DNA of 64,000 nt from Fistulifera solaris (lineage: Eukaryota), in the NCBI GenBank assembly GCA_030295235.1, contig AP026131.1, forward strand, positions 682,001 to 746,000, given 5' to 3'. The notes beneath the pieces are model-generated. The model ran no database searches, was not told the DNA's origin, and saw nothing but the letters and a program-made list of their open reading frames with translations. A program made the translations under genes and the position numbers. How positions within the stretch are numbered: the first letter of the stretch is position 1; every line of letters starts with the position of its first letter. Positions 1 through 12,542 of this stretch are shown one piece after another.

Positions 1-2022
1 ATACTTGATTGCGTCGACAAATATGCGACAGAAGAGACACCCGCGCCTCAATGTGGCTTCATTACAGACTTCACGGAACTTATTCGACGACCCGGACCGG
101 CTTGCATGATATTCAAGCCCATCTACCCTCAAAATGACCAAACGTCCGCGGTTGCATTTGCAGGAACCACCATGTACCTAGACGAAGTCTTGGTCAATGT
201 CGTTCCGGACTATGTTAGAGGCTTGTACGTTGTCTTTTCCACCGACACAGAGTCGCATACGTTTCTGATGGATGAGGGAGTCCCGATACTTTTGGGAGAG
301 GGGGACCTTCACGACCCTAGTTTTGACGAGTATGCCCGCTCGGCTGTTTTATATTCCGTGGAAACAAATGCAACAGGCAGTGCAACGTATACCATTACAT
401 TGTATCCCAGTGACACGCTATTTGCGACGTTTGAAACGAACAGTCCGATGGTAGTATCACTTGGGCTGGTTATGGTGATATGCTTCAGCATCAGCATGTT
501 CTTCCTGTACGACTACTTTATGAAATATGAGTCACACCAACGAAAGACTCTCTTGGAAATGAAACGCCGCTTCGTAAGATTTGTATCTCATGAAATCCGC
601 ACCCCACTGAACACTGTTGGAATGGGGCTTGCGTTATTACAATCTGAGATGATGTCAGGTGTACTCGAGACACTACGCAGCAACTCACTGGTAGATTCTT
701 TTGAAAGCAATGGTGAAATGAAGAGGAGTTCCAGTTCGCCTGAAATGGCGTTAGCAGCTGCAGGGAATATAACTCGAGCTTCAGAACCAGATTCGAAAGA
801 CACGACGAAGAGCAGGCCTTATTATAGCAAGGAGCAAGTTGACTTGTGTCTCAAAAATTGGCTATCATTGACTAAAGAAATTCATGAGAATTCGGAAGCT
901 GCTGTTGCTGTTCTAACTGATTTGCTGGATTTCGACAAGATTCAAACCGGGACTCTGAAGCTGGATGTCAGTAGAGTTCAAATATGGGAACTGGTCCACA
1001 GAACATCTAGTCAGTTTCAAATCCATGCAAACAACAAGCATGTTACTATGGATCTGGTGTTCCCTCAAGTATCCCTTGACACGATGGACCAAGGGCGCGT
1101 TATCAAGGAATTCGAGCATTTGCTTGTTATCGGCGATGACATGAAGCTTAGTCAGTGCCTACGAAACCTCATCTCTAACGCTTTGAAGTTCACTCCAGAA
1201 AGTGGGATAGTGACAATAGAAACGTCATATATGCCTAATGGCTTGCCAAATGTGCAGTCCACCGAGTACTGCTTCAAAGGCGATGTCTTTCCTCGTTCTG
1301 GCTCTGTTCGGATTTCCGTAAAGGATACTGGACCTGGTATGTCGTCAGAGCAACAGGAGCAGCTATTCCAGGAATTCGTGCAATTTGATCCTAACAAGCT
1401 TCAAGCAGGCGGTGGCAGTGGATTGGGTCTGTGTATTGCGAAGGAAATCATTGAGCAGCATAAAGGTTCTATTCTTGCTACATCAGAAGGATTGGGGAAG
1501 GGATCGACATTTATCATTGAGCTTCCTTTGTATAGTTTTCCGATTTATAGAGAAGATTCCTCATGTCGACAGTCAAATCAGACCTCAGTATCAGAAGAAA
1601 TTTCAGATCTGATCGCGAATTTTCACCACCACATCCTAGTTGTCGACGACGTTTTATCAAATCGAAAGTTCCTTGCCAAATTGTTGGAGCGGGCAGGGCA
1701 TACAGTGCAAGTTGCGAAGAATGGACAGGAAGCTATTGACGCAGTTAAGGACGATCTCGAAAAGTTGCAATCCGAGCGACACGTTCCCTTTGACACCATT
1801 CTCCTCGACTCCGAAATGCCAGTTCTCTGTGGACCAGAGGCAGCTAAGAGTATTCGAGAACTTCGGCACCCGGCAACAATCGTCGGATGCACGGGCAACG
1901 TTCTTCCAGAAGACGTGGCTTACTTCAAGTCATGCGGTGCAGCCACAGTGCTACCAAAACCTATCAAAATTTCAATGCTGGAGAGTTTTTGGCGAGAGCA
2001 AGGCATCGCATCAACAATATGA
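1..2022 (+). CDS. Membrane-anchored hybrid histidine kinase (extracellular region, TM, HisKA, HATPase_c, receiver); probably 5'-truncated by the window edge
   Basis: Frame is open from base 1. TM segment VVSLGLVMVICFSISMFFLY; H-box FVSHEIRTPLN; N-box NLISNALKFT; G1 VKDTGPGM; G2 GSGLGL; receiver ILVVDD...ILLDSEMP...LPKP. Confidence 0.93.
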   Translation: MLDCVDKYATEETPAPQCGFITDFTELIRRPGPACMIFKPIYPQNDQTSAVAFAGTTMYLDEVLVNVVPDYVRGLYVVFSTDTESHTFLMDEGVPILLGEGDLHDPSFDEYARSAVLYSVETNATGSATYTITLYPSDTLFATFETNSPMVVSLGLVMVICFSISMFFLYDYFMKYESHQRKTLLEMKRRFVRFVSHEIRTPLNTVGMGLALLQSEMMSGVLETLRSNSLVDSFESNGEMKRSSSSPEMALAAAGNITRASEPDSKDTTKSRPYYSKEQVDLCLKNWLSLTKEIHENSEAAVAVLTDLLDFDKIQTGTLKLDVSRVQIWELVHRTSSQFQIHANNKHVTMDLVFPQVSLDTMDQGRVIKEFEHLLVIGDDMKLSQCLRNLISNALKFTPESGIVTIETSYMPNGLPNVQSTEYCFKGDVFPRSGSVRISVKDTGPGMSSEQQEQLFQEFVQFDPNKLQAGGGSGLGLCIAKEIIEQHKGSILATSEGLGKGSTFIIELPLYSFPIYREDSSCRQSNQTSVSEEISDLIANFHHHILVVDDVLSNRKFLAKLLERAGHTVQVAKNGQEAIDAVKDDLEKLQSERHVPFDTILLDSEMPVLCGPEAAKSIRELRHPATIVGCTGNVLPEDVAYFKSCGAATVLPKPIKISMLESFWREQGIASTI

Positions 2023-2062
2023 TTTTAGAAGCAAATGTTAAAGGCTTTATAACAAATGTATT

Positions 2063-3360
2063 TCATTCAACACACTGACAAAAGGACTGCATCATAATTG
2101 GTTTCGATTCGTCATTCCAGCTTAGTTCGATTTTTGTTTCTTCCGGGATATACTCGTAGTCGAACAACGCCTGCCACTCTTCCAACGATACAATTTCGAC
2201 CGGCGGACATTGATGGAGTTGGCCTGCCGCGGCGTAAGCAGCTCGAATTTGCGGCGCATACTGGTCGTGCACCGAAGAGTCTTGTAAATATGACCAAAGT
2301 CCTGGAGGGATACGATGCGTCGAATGCCGGGCGCACCACAAGAATTGCGGATCAAAGACCGGTCGCTCCCCCGTGGACGTTTTCATGTACTTGCGCCACC
2401 TCTGACACCAAGCCTTCGGCAATATGCAGTACCTTTGACATGGTTCCATTGTGATTGAGCCATGTCGGCTGAAAAAAAGCTTGCAGCGCGTGTCGAATCG
2501 GCTCTTGTTTTTTGTGTAGGGCTTGTTGAGCTTGTCGTTGATACTCTTGTTGCTGACGTTGCTCTAACTGCTGACACTTCCAACAAGAGTCATGGGATAC
2601 AAGTGGTGTTGATTCAGGGAATAGTCTTCGCAAAGCGTTCCAATCTTGCGACTTGAGCATTCGTTTGCGAGCTCGATCACTTTTCTGATTCGAGCACAGC
2701 TTCAATTGCAAGTGTTCGCACAAAAGATCAGCATTCATGTCAGGCCATGGAGGCATGGCATCCGAAAGCCGTCGTTGTTGACGACGTGCTACCTTCTTTG
2801 CGTTTTTGGGTCGTATTTGCTTGCTTTCGATGTTCCATCGATTCGAGCCATAGTAAGGCCGTTTTGCACCACGCTTTGCTAACGACAAATTCTCCGCAAT
2901 CTTTGGCCTCCGGTTGAGACAAAACTCGCGCAACAATGAGGAACTCCATGTTGCGCAAATGTTCATAGGTCAAAGTCTCACTGTTCGTAGGGGAGTACTG
3001 CACGGGTTCAGCTTCAAACCCAGAGGTGAGGTGCTTGGGATAAACATGCTCGGCGGCGTGTCGAACGGTTTGACTCATCAGCGATGGCTGAGCGTAAAAG
3101 CGGCAGGTCTGATGCACGGCTGCTAGATCAAAGGCTCGCAAAAATGTCAACATTTGCACTTGCAACTCGGGGGGTAAAGAGAGCAGAGGACATGAAGCAG
3201 TAGCTGCAGGCTTCTTCGGGGTATCAAGAGAAGCAGTTGTTTCGGTGATTGCCAGTGTGGTATCAACCTGGTTCTCTTTCGGATGCAAGACTAGATTACA
3301 TGTTTCCTCAAGAAGATGTTCGAGCTCGTATACCCGCTTATTTTCGTGCGTTTTGACCAT
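2063..3360 (-). CDS. F-box protein with two DUSP-like (USP48-type) segments; split over three frames by two apparent frameshifts
   Basis: F-box LLSLPPELQVQMLTFL...DLAAVHQTCR in ORF 2740..3360. FVVSKAW...W continues into ORF 2352..2966 (NADLLCEH, DWNALRRLFP, CWKC), then ORF 2063..2449 (YCILPKAWCQRWRKY, LWCARH, EEWQAL). Frame switches fall near a T run (~2803) and an A7 run (~2472). Confidence 0.65.
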
Positions 3361-5594
3361 TTTTGTTAATTACTAAAAGTTGGCGTGTCTGAGCGCTGAG
3401 GCTGTTGTCAACTGTATCAATCTAAGCCCGCTACAACCAAAATCGCTGCCGCTCTCCCTGATAATCGAACTATCATACAAGTAAGAACGATGTACAACAG
3501 ATTTTTCATTTGAGTTTGAAAGAATGATAGGCTTGGCTGTTGCAACAGCCGTCACTCTCTCAATGATGGAGATTCAAAATGGAACGCCGGTTTGCATCGA
3601 CATGTTCTGCTTTTAGTTCTGAGAATCTCCTGTGTCGTACCGTTACAGCTACGTCACTTAACACCGAATGAACAGAACTGGCTGTTCGTCGGTTCGTCGT
3701 CCGACGCATTCGAAATTCTTTCGAAATACTGTATACTCCGGAGTAATGAGCAGGAAAAATATACCAGAAGCAGTGCCGGTTGGTATAGGATTTCCTACGC
3801 ATTTTCTACGCACTTTGTTGTACTGCAACCGAAACGATTTTTAACCGAAACCCTAACGATGCCTACACACTAGAAATAATAAGGATGAATGAACATTAGT
3901 CTAGGCGTCGTCTCTTAAAGGCTAGACCCTAAAAGCCGATAGCATCGTAACTCCATAAGATTAGGCAAAGCCTATGTCGACATCTAAAGTCTGAAGGCCA
4001 CCGTTCAACTCGTTTGTGCGCTTTAATTATACCTCCAATTTTTATAAAATGTCATGACGAAAAGCGACTACATCACCGAAAATTCTTGAAACAAGGCAGT
4101 CGTTAGATGCTTAAGCTAGAATAAAAATTCTAAAGAAGATCATCTAGAGCGCTGTGAGTGAATGCTAAACACGTTACCACCTCCTTATTGAAAAGATTTT
4201 ATCGAGAATACCATTTAGCTCTGTCTGGAGTAAGGAAAAGTGCCCGACTGCCACCTTCGTACGATTTCTCGAGAAGAGTTTAAATACTGGAAGGCACACA
4301 AAATTGTGGTTCTGAAGTTCCACGAGCCTGCGTAGATCTGTTTTAATTGTTTCGTTCGTTCTGATGATCGATCAAAGTACGCCTCATGTCACGTAAAAAC
4401 TGTTTTACACTGCTTAAACGCATTTTACTAACAACATTTTGCTTTGCTGCGTATTTTTAGGAAGTGATATCTCTGAAGCAAAAACTTTTTGGGGAGCCTT
4501 TTCTCATTCAATATCTTTTTCAGCAAAAGGTTCGGCGATCGGAATTCTTACGACAATCTACGAAAGCCACTTCACTGCAGATCGTATAGATGCATCACAA
4601 TCACGATAGTGCGAAGCAGTGGGATCTTTGCGACGAAGGACGACTTTATGTTAGCGTAGATGTTCTTGCCGCGACGACTTGTCGGTTTTCTCATGGTTTT
4701 CTTTCTTCGTGATGGGTGATGGCTCATTTTTGTGCTCGTCAAGGAAAATGCGGCAGACGTATTACTAGTGATTGAAGAATTCCCACGAATTTCCTACATT
4801 TCACGCCATAGTGGTACTTTTCGAAACGGCACTGGTATTTCTTCATCCGCTATACCCTGGCGGTATATTTTTCCAAAAATACTCACCGAACTATCCGGAA
4901 AGTAGTAGATTAGCGCAGAAACTACTTCGAGTATTTCTGGAAAAACATACCAAATTGGTATAGCGAGACGTAGAAAGACGTAGAAGTGGTATAAATGTAC
5001 GGGAGGCTGGTACGTAGTAAAAAGCAAACTTGTACTGTAGGCTTGTATGTAGAGAAGTGTGTGTCTCAATGTAATCCAAAATTTTTGATACTATACGGCT
5101 ATTGTCTACATGATACAGTAAGTTGAAGCTAATCTTTCCGAATGAGATGTATGAATTACAATGTACATCATTGCGGCTTCATTGAAGTTTCTTTGGTTGT
5201 AAAATATTCGACTTCTTAAGTTCAATGTGGAGAGTTTTAGACTTAATTAAAATGTAGGACCTCTTAAGGGCTTCGCTCACTAAAATGTATAGTGATCCGA
5301 TTTTTATAAGACCCATATTCAAAGTGTTTCGTTACTGTATTCTGTACTGTATGAAAGCTGTTTCTTCGCACTAAACTGAAGAGTGAAGTGCGAACAATCA
5401 ATAATACCAGTACGTACCAGTAGTACGTACAAGTAGTACCAACCAACCAACTCATTCTCTTCCGTCATCCTTCAACGTCCAAACTCCACGTTCGCGCTTG
5501 CCGCCGAACGTTCAGGAAGACGAAACCGCAAAAGCACCATTTTTATTGCAACGCGAACAAATCGTATTCTAAAGTCAAAGCGACGATTGTAAAG

Positions 5595-6259
5595 ATGGAG
5601 CTTACCACCAATGAATTTTTGGATCATCCAGATAATCGTAGACCATTCAGCGACATCAGCGGTGGTTCCGAGCACACGGCAATGACAGGGTCGCCACGGA
5701 GACGGAAAGAAGCGAAATGCATCAGTGACCCGCGAATATGTCTGCGCTCGAATCATAGTCTTCAATCCGCTGGGAAAGTTACGAAGCACTCAAAGTCGGT
5801 ACAGAGCTCTATTTCACCCTTTACAAACGGAAGTCTTACACAAAGTCTTCCCACAACGCTTCGTTTGTCGCGAACGGAGACACGACGTCAGGGATGGATT
5901 TAATTCACGCCATGAGATTGAGTAATCATCTTGGAGGACTGCGAGATCGCAAAGGTGAAAACAGCCTGAAATTAGATGCACTTTGTATACGACACCCTGA
6001 GAAAACAAAGAAAAACATTTTCTTTTTTAAGCCGGAGAACCTGTCACGTCCTACGGAAGATACCTTTCTTCCGACGAACAGTCCATCGTCCACGAATGTC
6101 AAGGTGAATCCTGCGTGGAAAGAGATCCTACATACGAAAGATATTTTCAAACTCGATTATCCTCCGTGCTCACAAGTCGAAATAGATCACGATGCAGAAT
6201 GCGTTATGAGCCGCTCGGATTCTTGTGTCACTATTGATTCGATGTTGGTCGACGAATGA
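5595..6259 (+). CDS. Hypothetical protein (two overlapping ATG ORFs, possibly one frameshifted gene)
   Basis: ORFs 5595..5903 and 5894..6259 overlap on the same strand; Ser-rich, no recognised motif. Confidence 0.3.
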
Positions 6260-7178
6260 ATCTTCAATGCTTTCTCATATTGATTGGAGTTCCCGGATCA
6301 GTGCATAACTTGTACATAACCAGATGCTATAGCGCTCTTGCAGATAACCCCGCTTGTCAGATTTTACTCAGATGCGACGCTCCAGAAACGTCTAGCAGCG
6401 CAGTAGTCACCTGCTTTGAATCCACGCTACGAAAGTTTTTGCTGTCGGTCGAGCACCTTGTTCACGTTATCGTATTCGCTAACAAAGCTGTGTCTAGTTA
6501 AATTGGATGCTTCTGTCAACGACGCCGACCACTATACCTATTCGTAGCCGTAGGCAACCGGTTGACTACAATTCAGTAATTGCTCATCGATAAACATTTT
6601 CCCACCGACTGCTTCACCTAATCTTCTATACCATCGGCAAGCTTCTTGATATTTTAGCAACAGACGACCTAAGTCGATACGATTTCACGAAATAATAGAG
6701 AATTATTCGACTTTTCAAGTCGAGGTCCCGCCTCCCTTTGATGTGCTTGCTGTAATACTAAGATTGGATAAAGAGCTATGTCTAGGGTCGGCAAATTGCA
6801 AGACAATGTTCTTCCTCGGCAGCTTTAAACCACTTCTGTTCTGACTTCGACCTAATTCTTGCGTTGTCAGTTGTACCTTCGAGCATGATAGGTTCGAGCG
6901 TTTTCTGTGTACGGGCAAGCAGAAGCGTTGACGTCGCACCGAATACCGGGTAAATACTTATATGGACTTAAAAGTAGACGAGACAGTAACATTTGACATT
7001 AGAACAGCGCATAAGGACACGGTCATTTCACCGTCACATTTCTGGTCATTTCATTTGAAAACCAAACACTTTTCTCCGTCAAGAAGAGCCAGAGCTCTCG
7101 CTGTCTCGCTGTTGCTCCACTCAAACGACCTTCGAGACCTTTAGCCACACCAAAGAATCAAAAGGCTTATTCAACGCC

Positions 7179-8528
7179 ATGGGTTTCGTTTCGATCGCTG
7201 AAGCTCCCGATCCAAGTATCTTTGAAGGAAAGTGCACAATCTCTGAAGAGGAAGCGCTCTACGCGGAAATCAGCGCCATCAAAGATGAGCATTTCGTGCT
7301 AGATGCCAAGGTTGCGCGAAAGGTCGTCAAAGAGGCCGAGAAAAGCTTGGAAGGTAGATTGCCTCCCCGCGACAAGTCGAAAGTCAAAGTTCCCTCACTG
7401 TCTCCACAAGATCTGGATGTAGGTGCAATCTTGGCGCTTGGAGGATTCGGTCTCATCAAATCCGTAAAACCGAAAAAGTCGCTTGGCACCGACAAAAACT
7501 CGTTTTGAAGACTATCAAGCCGCAACCTAAATGGGAAACACTGATTTCGGGTGCCAATCATCTCATGCGCGAGAAATACTTTCTATCGCAGTTGGATCAT
7601 GAGAACATCATCGCGCTTCGCGCCTACTCTTCGGGAGGAAGTCTGCGAGCTATCGATGATACCAAGCGACTTGATAGTTGCTTTCTTATTCTTGATTACC
7701 TCCCAGAGACGCTTTCTGACCGTATAACAGTGTGGCGCAAAGATAATAAGCCAGAAGCAAATTCTTCGGGGGTAAAAGGTTTCTTCTTCAAAACCGAAAA
7801 GTTGTCCACAAACAACAAGTTGCTAGCCACACAACTTCAAATTGCGATGGATATTGCCGCAGCTTTAACGTACTTGCACGAAAACCGAATCATCTACCGT
7901 GACTTGGAAGCCTGGTAAGTACGATCATGTTCTTGCTGTTGTCTTCCTGAATTCAAATTGTCAAGTGTTCTCAGCATTTTTCGATCGCACATACACCGTG
8001 CTGTTTCCGGTCTCTTAGCTAACGTCGGGTTTGACGAAAATGGCGTTTTGAAGTTATTCGATTTCGGTTTGGCGACACAGTTAGCCAAAGACAGCGACTT
8101 GGATTCTACACATGACCACCTTTCCGGCAAAGTAGGCACAACAAGGGTACGTAAAGCTATAACATCTCTTGTTTTCTTTCTCGTCCATTCAAAGATTACT
8201 CGTCTAACAATCATTCTGGTGTTCTTTATCCTCTTTACTGCAGTACATGGCACCCGAAGTTCTTCGCAAGGAACCATACAACGTCAAAGCGGATGTCTTT
8301 TCGTTTTCTTTGGTACTTTGGGAGCTTCTGGCATTGGAAAAGCCTCACGAGAAAATGCCTGGAGCTGCAGTTTATGGTGATAGACCCAAGCTTCCTCGAT
8401 CTTGGCCGGAAGCTTTGAAGCGGATCATTGAAAGAGGATGGACAGAAAGTCTGAAGGATCGTCCCCACATAATGGAGTTCAAATTCGTTCTGAGAGATTT
8501 GAAAAGACAAGCTGACTCGTCGAGTTAA
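7179..8528 (+). CDS. Ser/Thr (TKL-like) protein kinase, paralog 1; 2 introns, 2 apparent frameshifts
   Basis: LGGFG loop, YRDL, KLFDFGLA, GTTR|YMAPE, DVFSF. Introns 7915-8018 and 8147-8242 (GT..AG). Frameshifts at ~7495 (A run) and ~7906 (extra G in DLKP). Confidence 0.9.
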
Positions 8529-9275
8529 AAGTTGATGCATCTTAGTCTTTCAAATGGATCATGATACGGAACGGCTGCAAGAGTATTAAAAGTTGTTGTT
8601 TTATTTCATTCTCATATTTACTAGATTGGTCAAGCTCCTTTGCTTCGATAACCGATACGAATTGCAGGCAATGCTACTGGTAGGTTGAAGGAAATTGGGC
8701 TAGACTAGATCAGAGATCGAAGTTCTATGGGCAGAAAAAACAGATCAGTGCTCGTCGTTTAAGAAATATTATTCCAAGCGTATAACAGCGACATTGTCCC
8801 TCGTCTTTTAGATGAAGTAAGTTTAGGATGATGACAATCACCCTTTTTCAGTATACCAGTCCTTTTTACATTCTAGTTTAGCCTCTCTCTAGGAAGGGTA
8901 GAAGAACGCGTGACTGTTCTGGATGGCTGGATCACGCTTTATCGGGTCACGGATACCATGAGTCTTATGAGGACGAAGACGGAAGAACAAAAAATAGGCC
9001 CAACTAGATAGCACTTTCCCCGAAGCCTACTGTACTTTTCCTTCCATATACAAATGATGCCGGTGCGATCTCAAAAGCAGTGTTTTCAGATTTTCGGTGA
9101 AGGCTCACCAAAAATTGCTTCCATTCTTCGTTCTCCATTCATCTCACAAGCCGGGCCATCAGAAGAGGACCAAACCGATAATGAAGTAAAGCGAAGTACC
9201 ATTCACCAGATCGTCCGCCGAGGAGGCGCTGATTTCATTCCCACTCCCTCCGAATAGGACGCTGCAAAGAATATC

Positions 9276-10732
9276 ATGGGGTTTGTTACGGTCAAGCATA
9301 CGCCTGACCCAACCAAATTTGAAAAACCACAGCAGACTTCGTTGCACTCGACGACAAGCCGAACAGCGGATGCATCTTATCCATCGATCGGCAACAGCTC
9401 ACGAGATGTGAACAAAAGCAATCGCCTAGGATCACCACAATATCTGTTGCAGCACAGCCATAATAGCCGACAATCATCACAACAGAGTAGACACGAAGGA
9501 CAACAATCGCAAAACAGCCAATCACAAGGGACCTCAAAAGCTCTTCACGAAAGTCGATACATCGAAGAAGCAGATCTCACACTAGACGAGCATCAAATTG
9601 CTGAAATTGGTGAAATCATAGCTAAAAAGAGGCCGCGATATGAATTGATCTCTTCTTCCATAACTCGTTCCACATTACAGTTGTCACTCGACGACTTGAT
9701 AACAGGGCGTGTGATCGGATTAGGAGGTTTCGGAATGGTTCGAAAAGTCAAGTCTCCTATTCTCAAAGAAAAAACATCGCGCCCTTGTGTTATCAAAACC
9801 TGTAAGCCATCGTCGGGCCCAAGTATTGTATCGAGTGTAACACATTTGATGCGAGAGCGCTACTATCTCAGTCATCTGAAACACCCACATATTGTACGAA
9901 TGGTGGCGGCTTCCGAGCACCAAGATCCCGTAGAAGCCATTCTACAATCCAAACGTATCGATGCATGTTTTTGATACTGGAATATCTTCCCGAAACACTC
10001 CACGATCGGATACAATCATGGAAAAGAGACGACAAGAGTTAGCCAAAAGAGAGAAGGCAGTGTCATGGAACCTATTACGTGGCCAGCATAGCAATCGTAG
10101 TGACACTGCATTCTCCTTGTCTTCGCAAGCCGACAACGACTTGTTTGCTCAACAACTGATTGTGGCCTTAGAAGTAGCCAGCGCACTGGAATACTTGCAT
10201 TCGCAACGAGTCATATTTAGGGATTTGAAGCCGTCCAACGTCGGTCTGGATTTAAAAGGCAGCGTCAAGATTTATGATTTTGGATTGGCAACACAGCTGG
10301 CGAACAGGGTCGATCTTGACACCACACACTCATTACCTGGCCGAGTGGGGACGACACGGGTACGTACGACAAGAATCAAACACAACCTTTTGACTGCTTC
10401 GCCATCGCCTGAGTCTCTAACGCAAATCGTATCTCTAATACTCCTTTCTCCAGTACATGGCACCCGAAGTACTTCGGAATGAACCTTATAATGTCAAAGC
10501 GGATGTCTTTTCCTTTAGCCTTCTCCTCTGGGAAATGATGGCCTTCGAACGTCCGCACGAAAACATGCCGGGCGCGGCTGTTTACGGTGATCGACCCAGC
10601 ATTCCTAAGTCATGGCCGGAACAGATTCGCAGTATATTAGAGCGCGGCTGGTCGGAAGATCTTTCGGAACGACCGCACGTACGTGACATGACCAAAGTCT
10701 TGCTGGAACTATTGCAACAAATGCAGCCGTGA
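9276..10732 (+). CDS. Ser/Thr (TKL-like) protein kinase, paralog 2; 1 intron, apparent frameshifts
   Basis: IGLGGFG, VIKT, FRDLKPSNVG, IYDFGLA, GTTR|YMAPE. C-terminal exon near-identical to paralog 1 (EPYNVKADVFSFSL...HENMPGAAVYGDRP). Intron ~10360-10452. Confidence 0.9.
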
Positions 10733-11547
10733 AGCATAGGAGTGCTGTGCCGATGTATTTTGTCTTCGCTGTTGGTCGACGATGTCTAAGACGTCATCAC
10801 TTTCAGGTAAAAATGCCAGGTTCGGCTCAAACAGGATGACGAGACTAGGTCTAAACTACTTTCTAGTATGTTGCTAGTCGAATCCAACATGATACGTAGT
10901 AGTTAGACTAGAGTAATTCGTAATGAATGTCATCGCTAAGATGATGATGAATCACTAATGAATCAATGATGAATTTCGACTCATGACTCGATCACGATGA
11001 TACAGATGTGTCGCCCCGCAGTGTTCTGTAGACTGTCGTCCAAGAAAGTCGAGAAGTCGTTCAGCAAGTGGTATTGATTTGATAGACATCCTCAAACTAA
11101 CAATAATGTTGCGAAGTACCTACATCCTCACTTTCTGACTGTGAGTTTTCGATCATTCCACGGAAAAATCATTTCGCTACTAATTTCTTTATTGTTAGAG
11201 ATCACACTTAGAACTCAATCGGAGTACGTAGTTCAAGATCTACTACTTTCAGAATAAGAACCGACACGCGTTGTCAATTGAGTTCTATGTTCTAAAGAAT
11301 GAAGCAACACGCTTCACCGCATCTTGCCCTACAGTTTGCTTCTACACTGGTCGCAAGTCTGAGCATTTTTGAGCGCACGACTTCCACAAAAGAGAGGGAG
11401 TTTTCGAAGGCGGTCCACATTAGCGCTGAATGTAGAGCAATAAAATAGCATGGCTTCTCCTTCCCGCCTTCCTTTCCTGCCTCCAAGCAACAGCCGAAAA
11501 AGCTTCGTATTACCGAATGCCACAACATACATCATCAAGGAGAAAGG

Positions 11548-12542
11548 ATGCAAACGAATACAACAAATCATTACCATGGGTCAGGCAACTTTCCCGAACG
11601 TTTACATTACGTCCTAGAAGAGATGGCGCGCGATCATCAAGAGCACATCATGTGCTGGGACGAGACTGGTTTAGGCTTTCAAGTCCACGATCGAAACCTG
11701 CTCGAAAAGGAGATTCTACCGAAGTAAGTACAGCTTCGTCGCGATCGTCGTGCTCAACATTCCAGGGACTCATTGCTCGCTTGCTCGCTCCTCAGCTTTT
11801 TCAGACAGACAAAATACACTAGTTTCCAGGTGCGCATGAGAAGTCTGTACTTCAAGACTCGCTCGACTTTGCTGACCGCCTTTCTTTTCTCTTTATCCAG
11901 CGTCAGCTCAACATCTACGGTTTCACGAGAATCACCTCAGGTAAGTAATGGAGAGTAACACGCATTAGATGAGGTCCCTGTGTGCTAAGCGACACCATTC
12001 TATTTATACTTCAGGACCGAGGAAAGGAAGCTATTGTCACGACTTGTTTCGACGCAATATGCCGGAACTTGCTCAGCAGATTCCTCGGAAAGACATCAAG
12101 AAAGGTATTCGAAGTCAAGCCAGGGCTAGTTCTCAACATGCGGGCACGGCAATGCCCAAAGATCTCGCCTATCCTGAACTTCAACACTCAACATCTCATC
12201 GCGGGTCACTAACACTAGACCGGAGTCTTGAAGGTGTTCCGCTAGATTGGTCGACGCGCAACATCAACCGTTCACCATCACTCAATTTGGCCTACCTTTG
12301 TTCCCCAAAACGAAGGAGCCAGCCCGATGATTCCATCTGTTCCAAATTCGTCAATTTTCGGAACTTCTCTTTCATTTGGTCCTCGTCAGTTTGCCACGCA
12401 ATTCAATCAAGGCAGTGCGTTTCTAGGACCGGAAGTTCCCAATGAGCTTCTTCATATCCCACTCAGCCCTTCGGCGAACTCCCAAGAGCTCATCAATAAG
12501 GCCCTGACATTGATGCGTTCCAACAACAATCTCGGCCGTTAG
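11548..12542 (+). CDS. Heat shock transcription factor (HSF DNA-binding domain), 4 exons; 3' end either 12445 or 12542
   Basis: Spliced reading gives FPERLHYVLEE...HIMCWDETGLGFQVHD...EILP / FFRQTKYTSFQ / RQLNIYGFTRITS / GPRKGSYCHDLFRR. Introns 11724-11795, 11830-11900 and 11941-12014 are all GT..AG. Confidence 0.9.

Noticed and set aside
7179..10732. Calling the kinases (and MCM8, PP2C) pseudogenes
   Set aside because: Catalytic motifs are intact and the lesions are mostly 1 bp indels at homopolymers, better explained by assembly error
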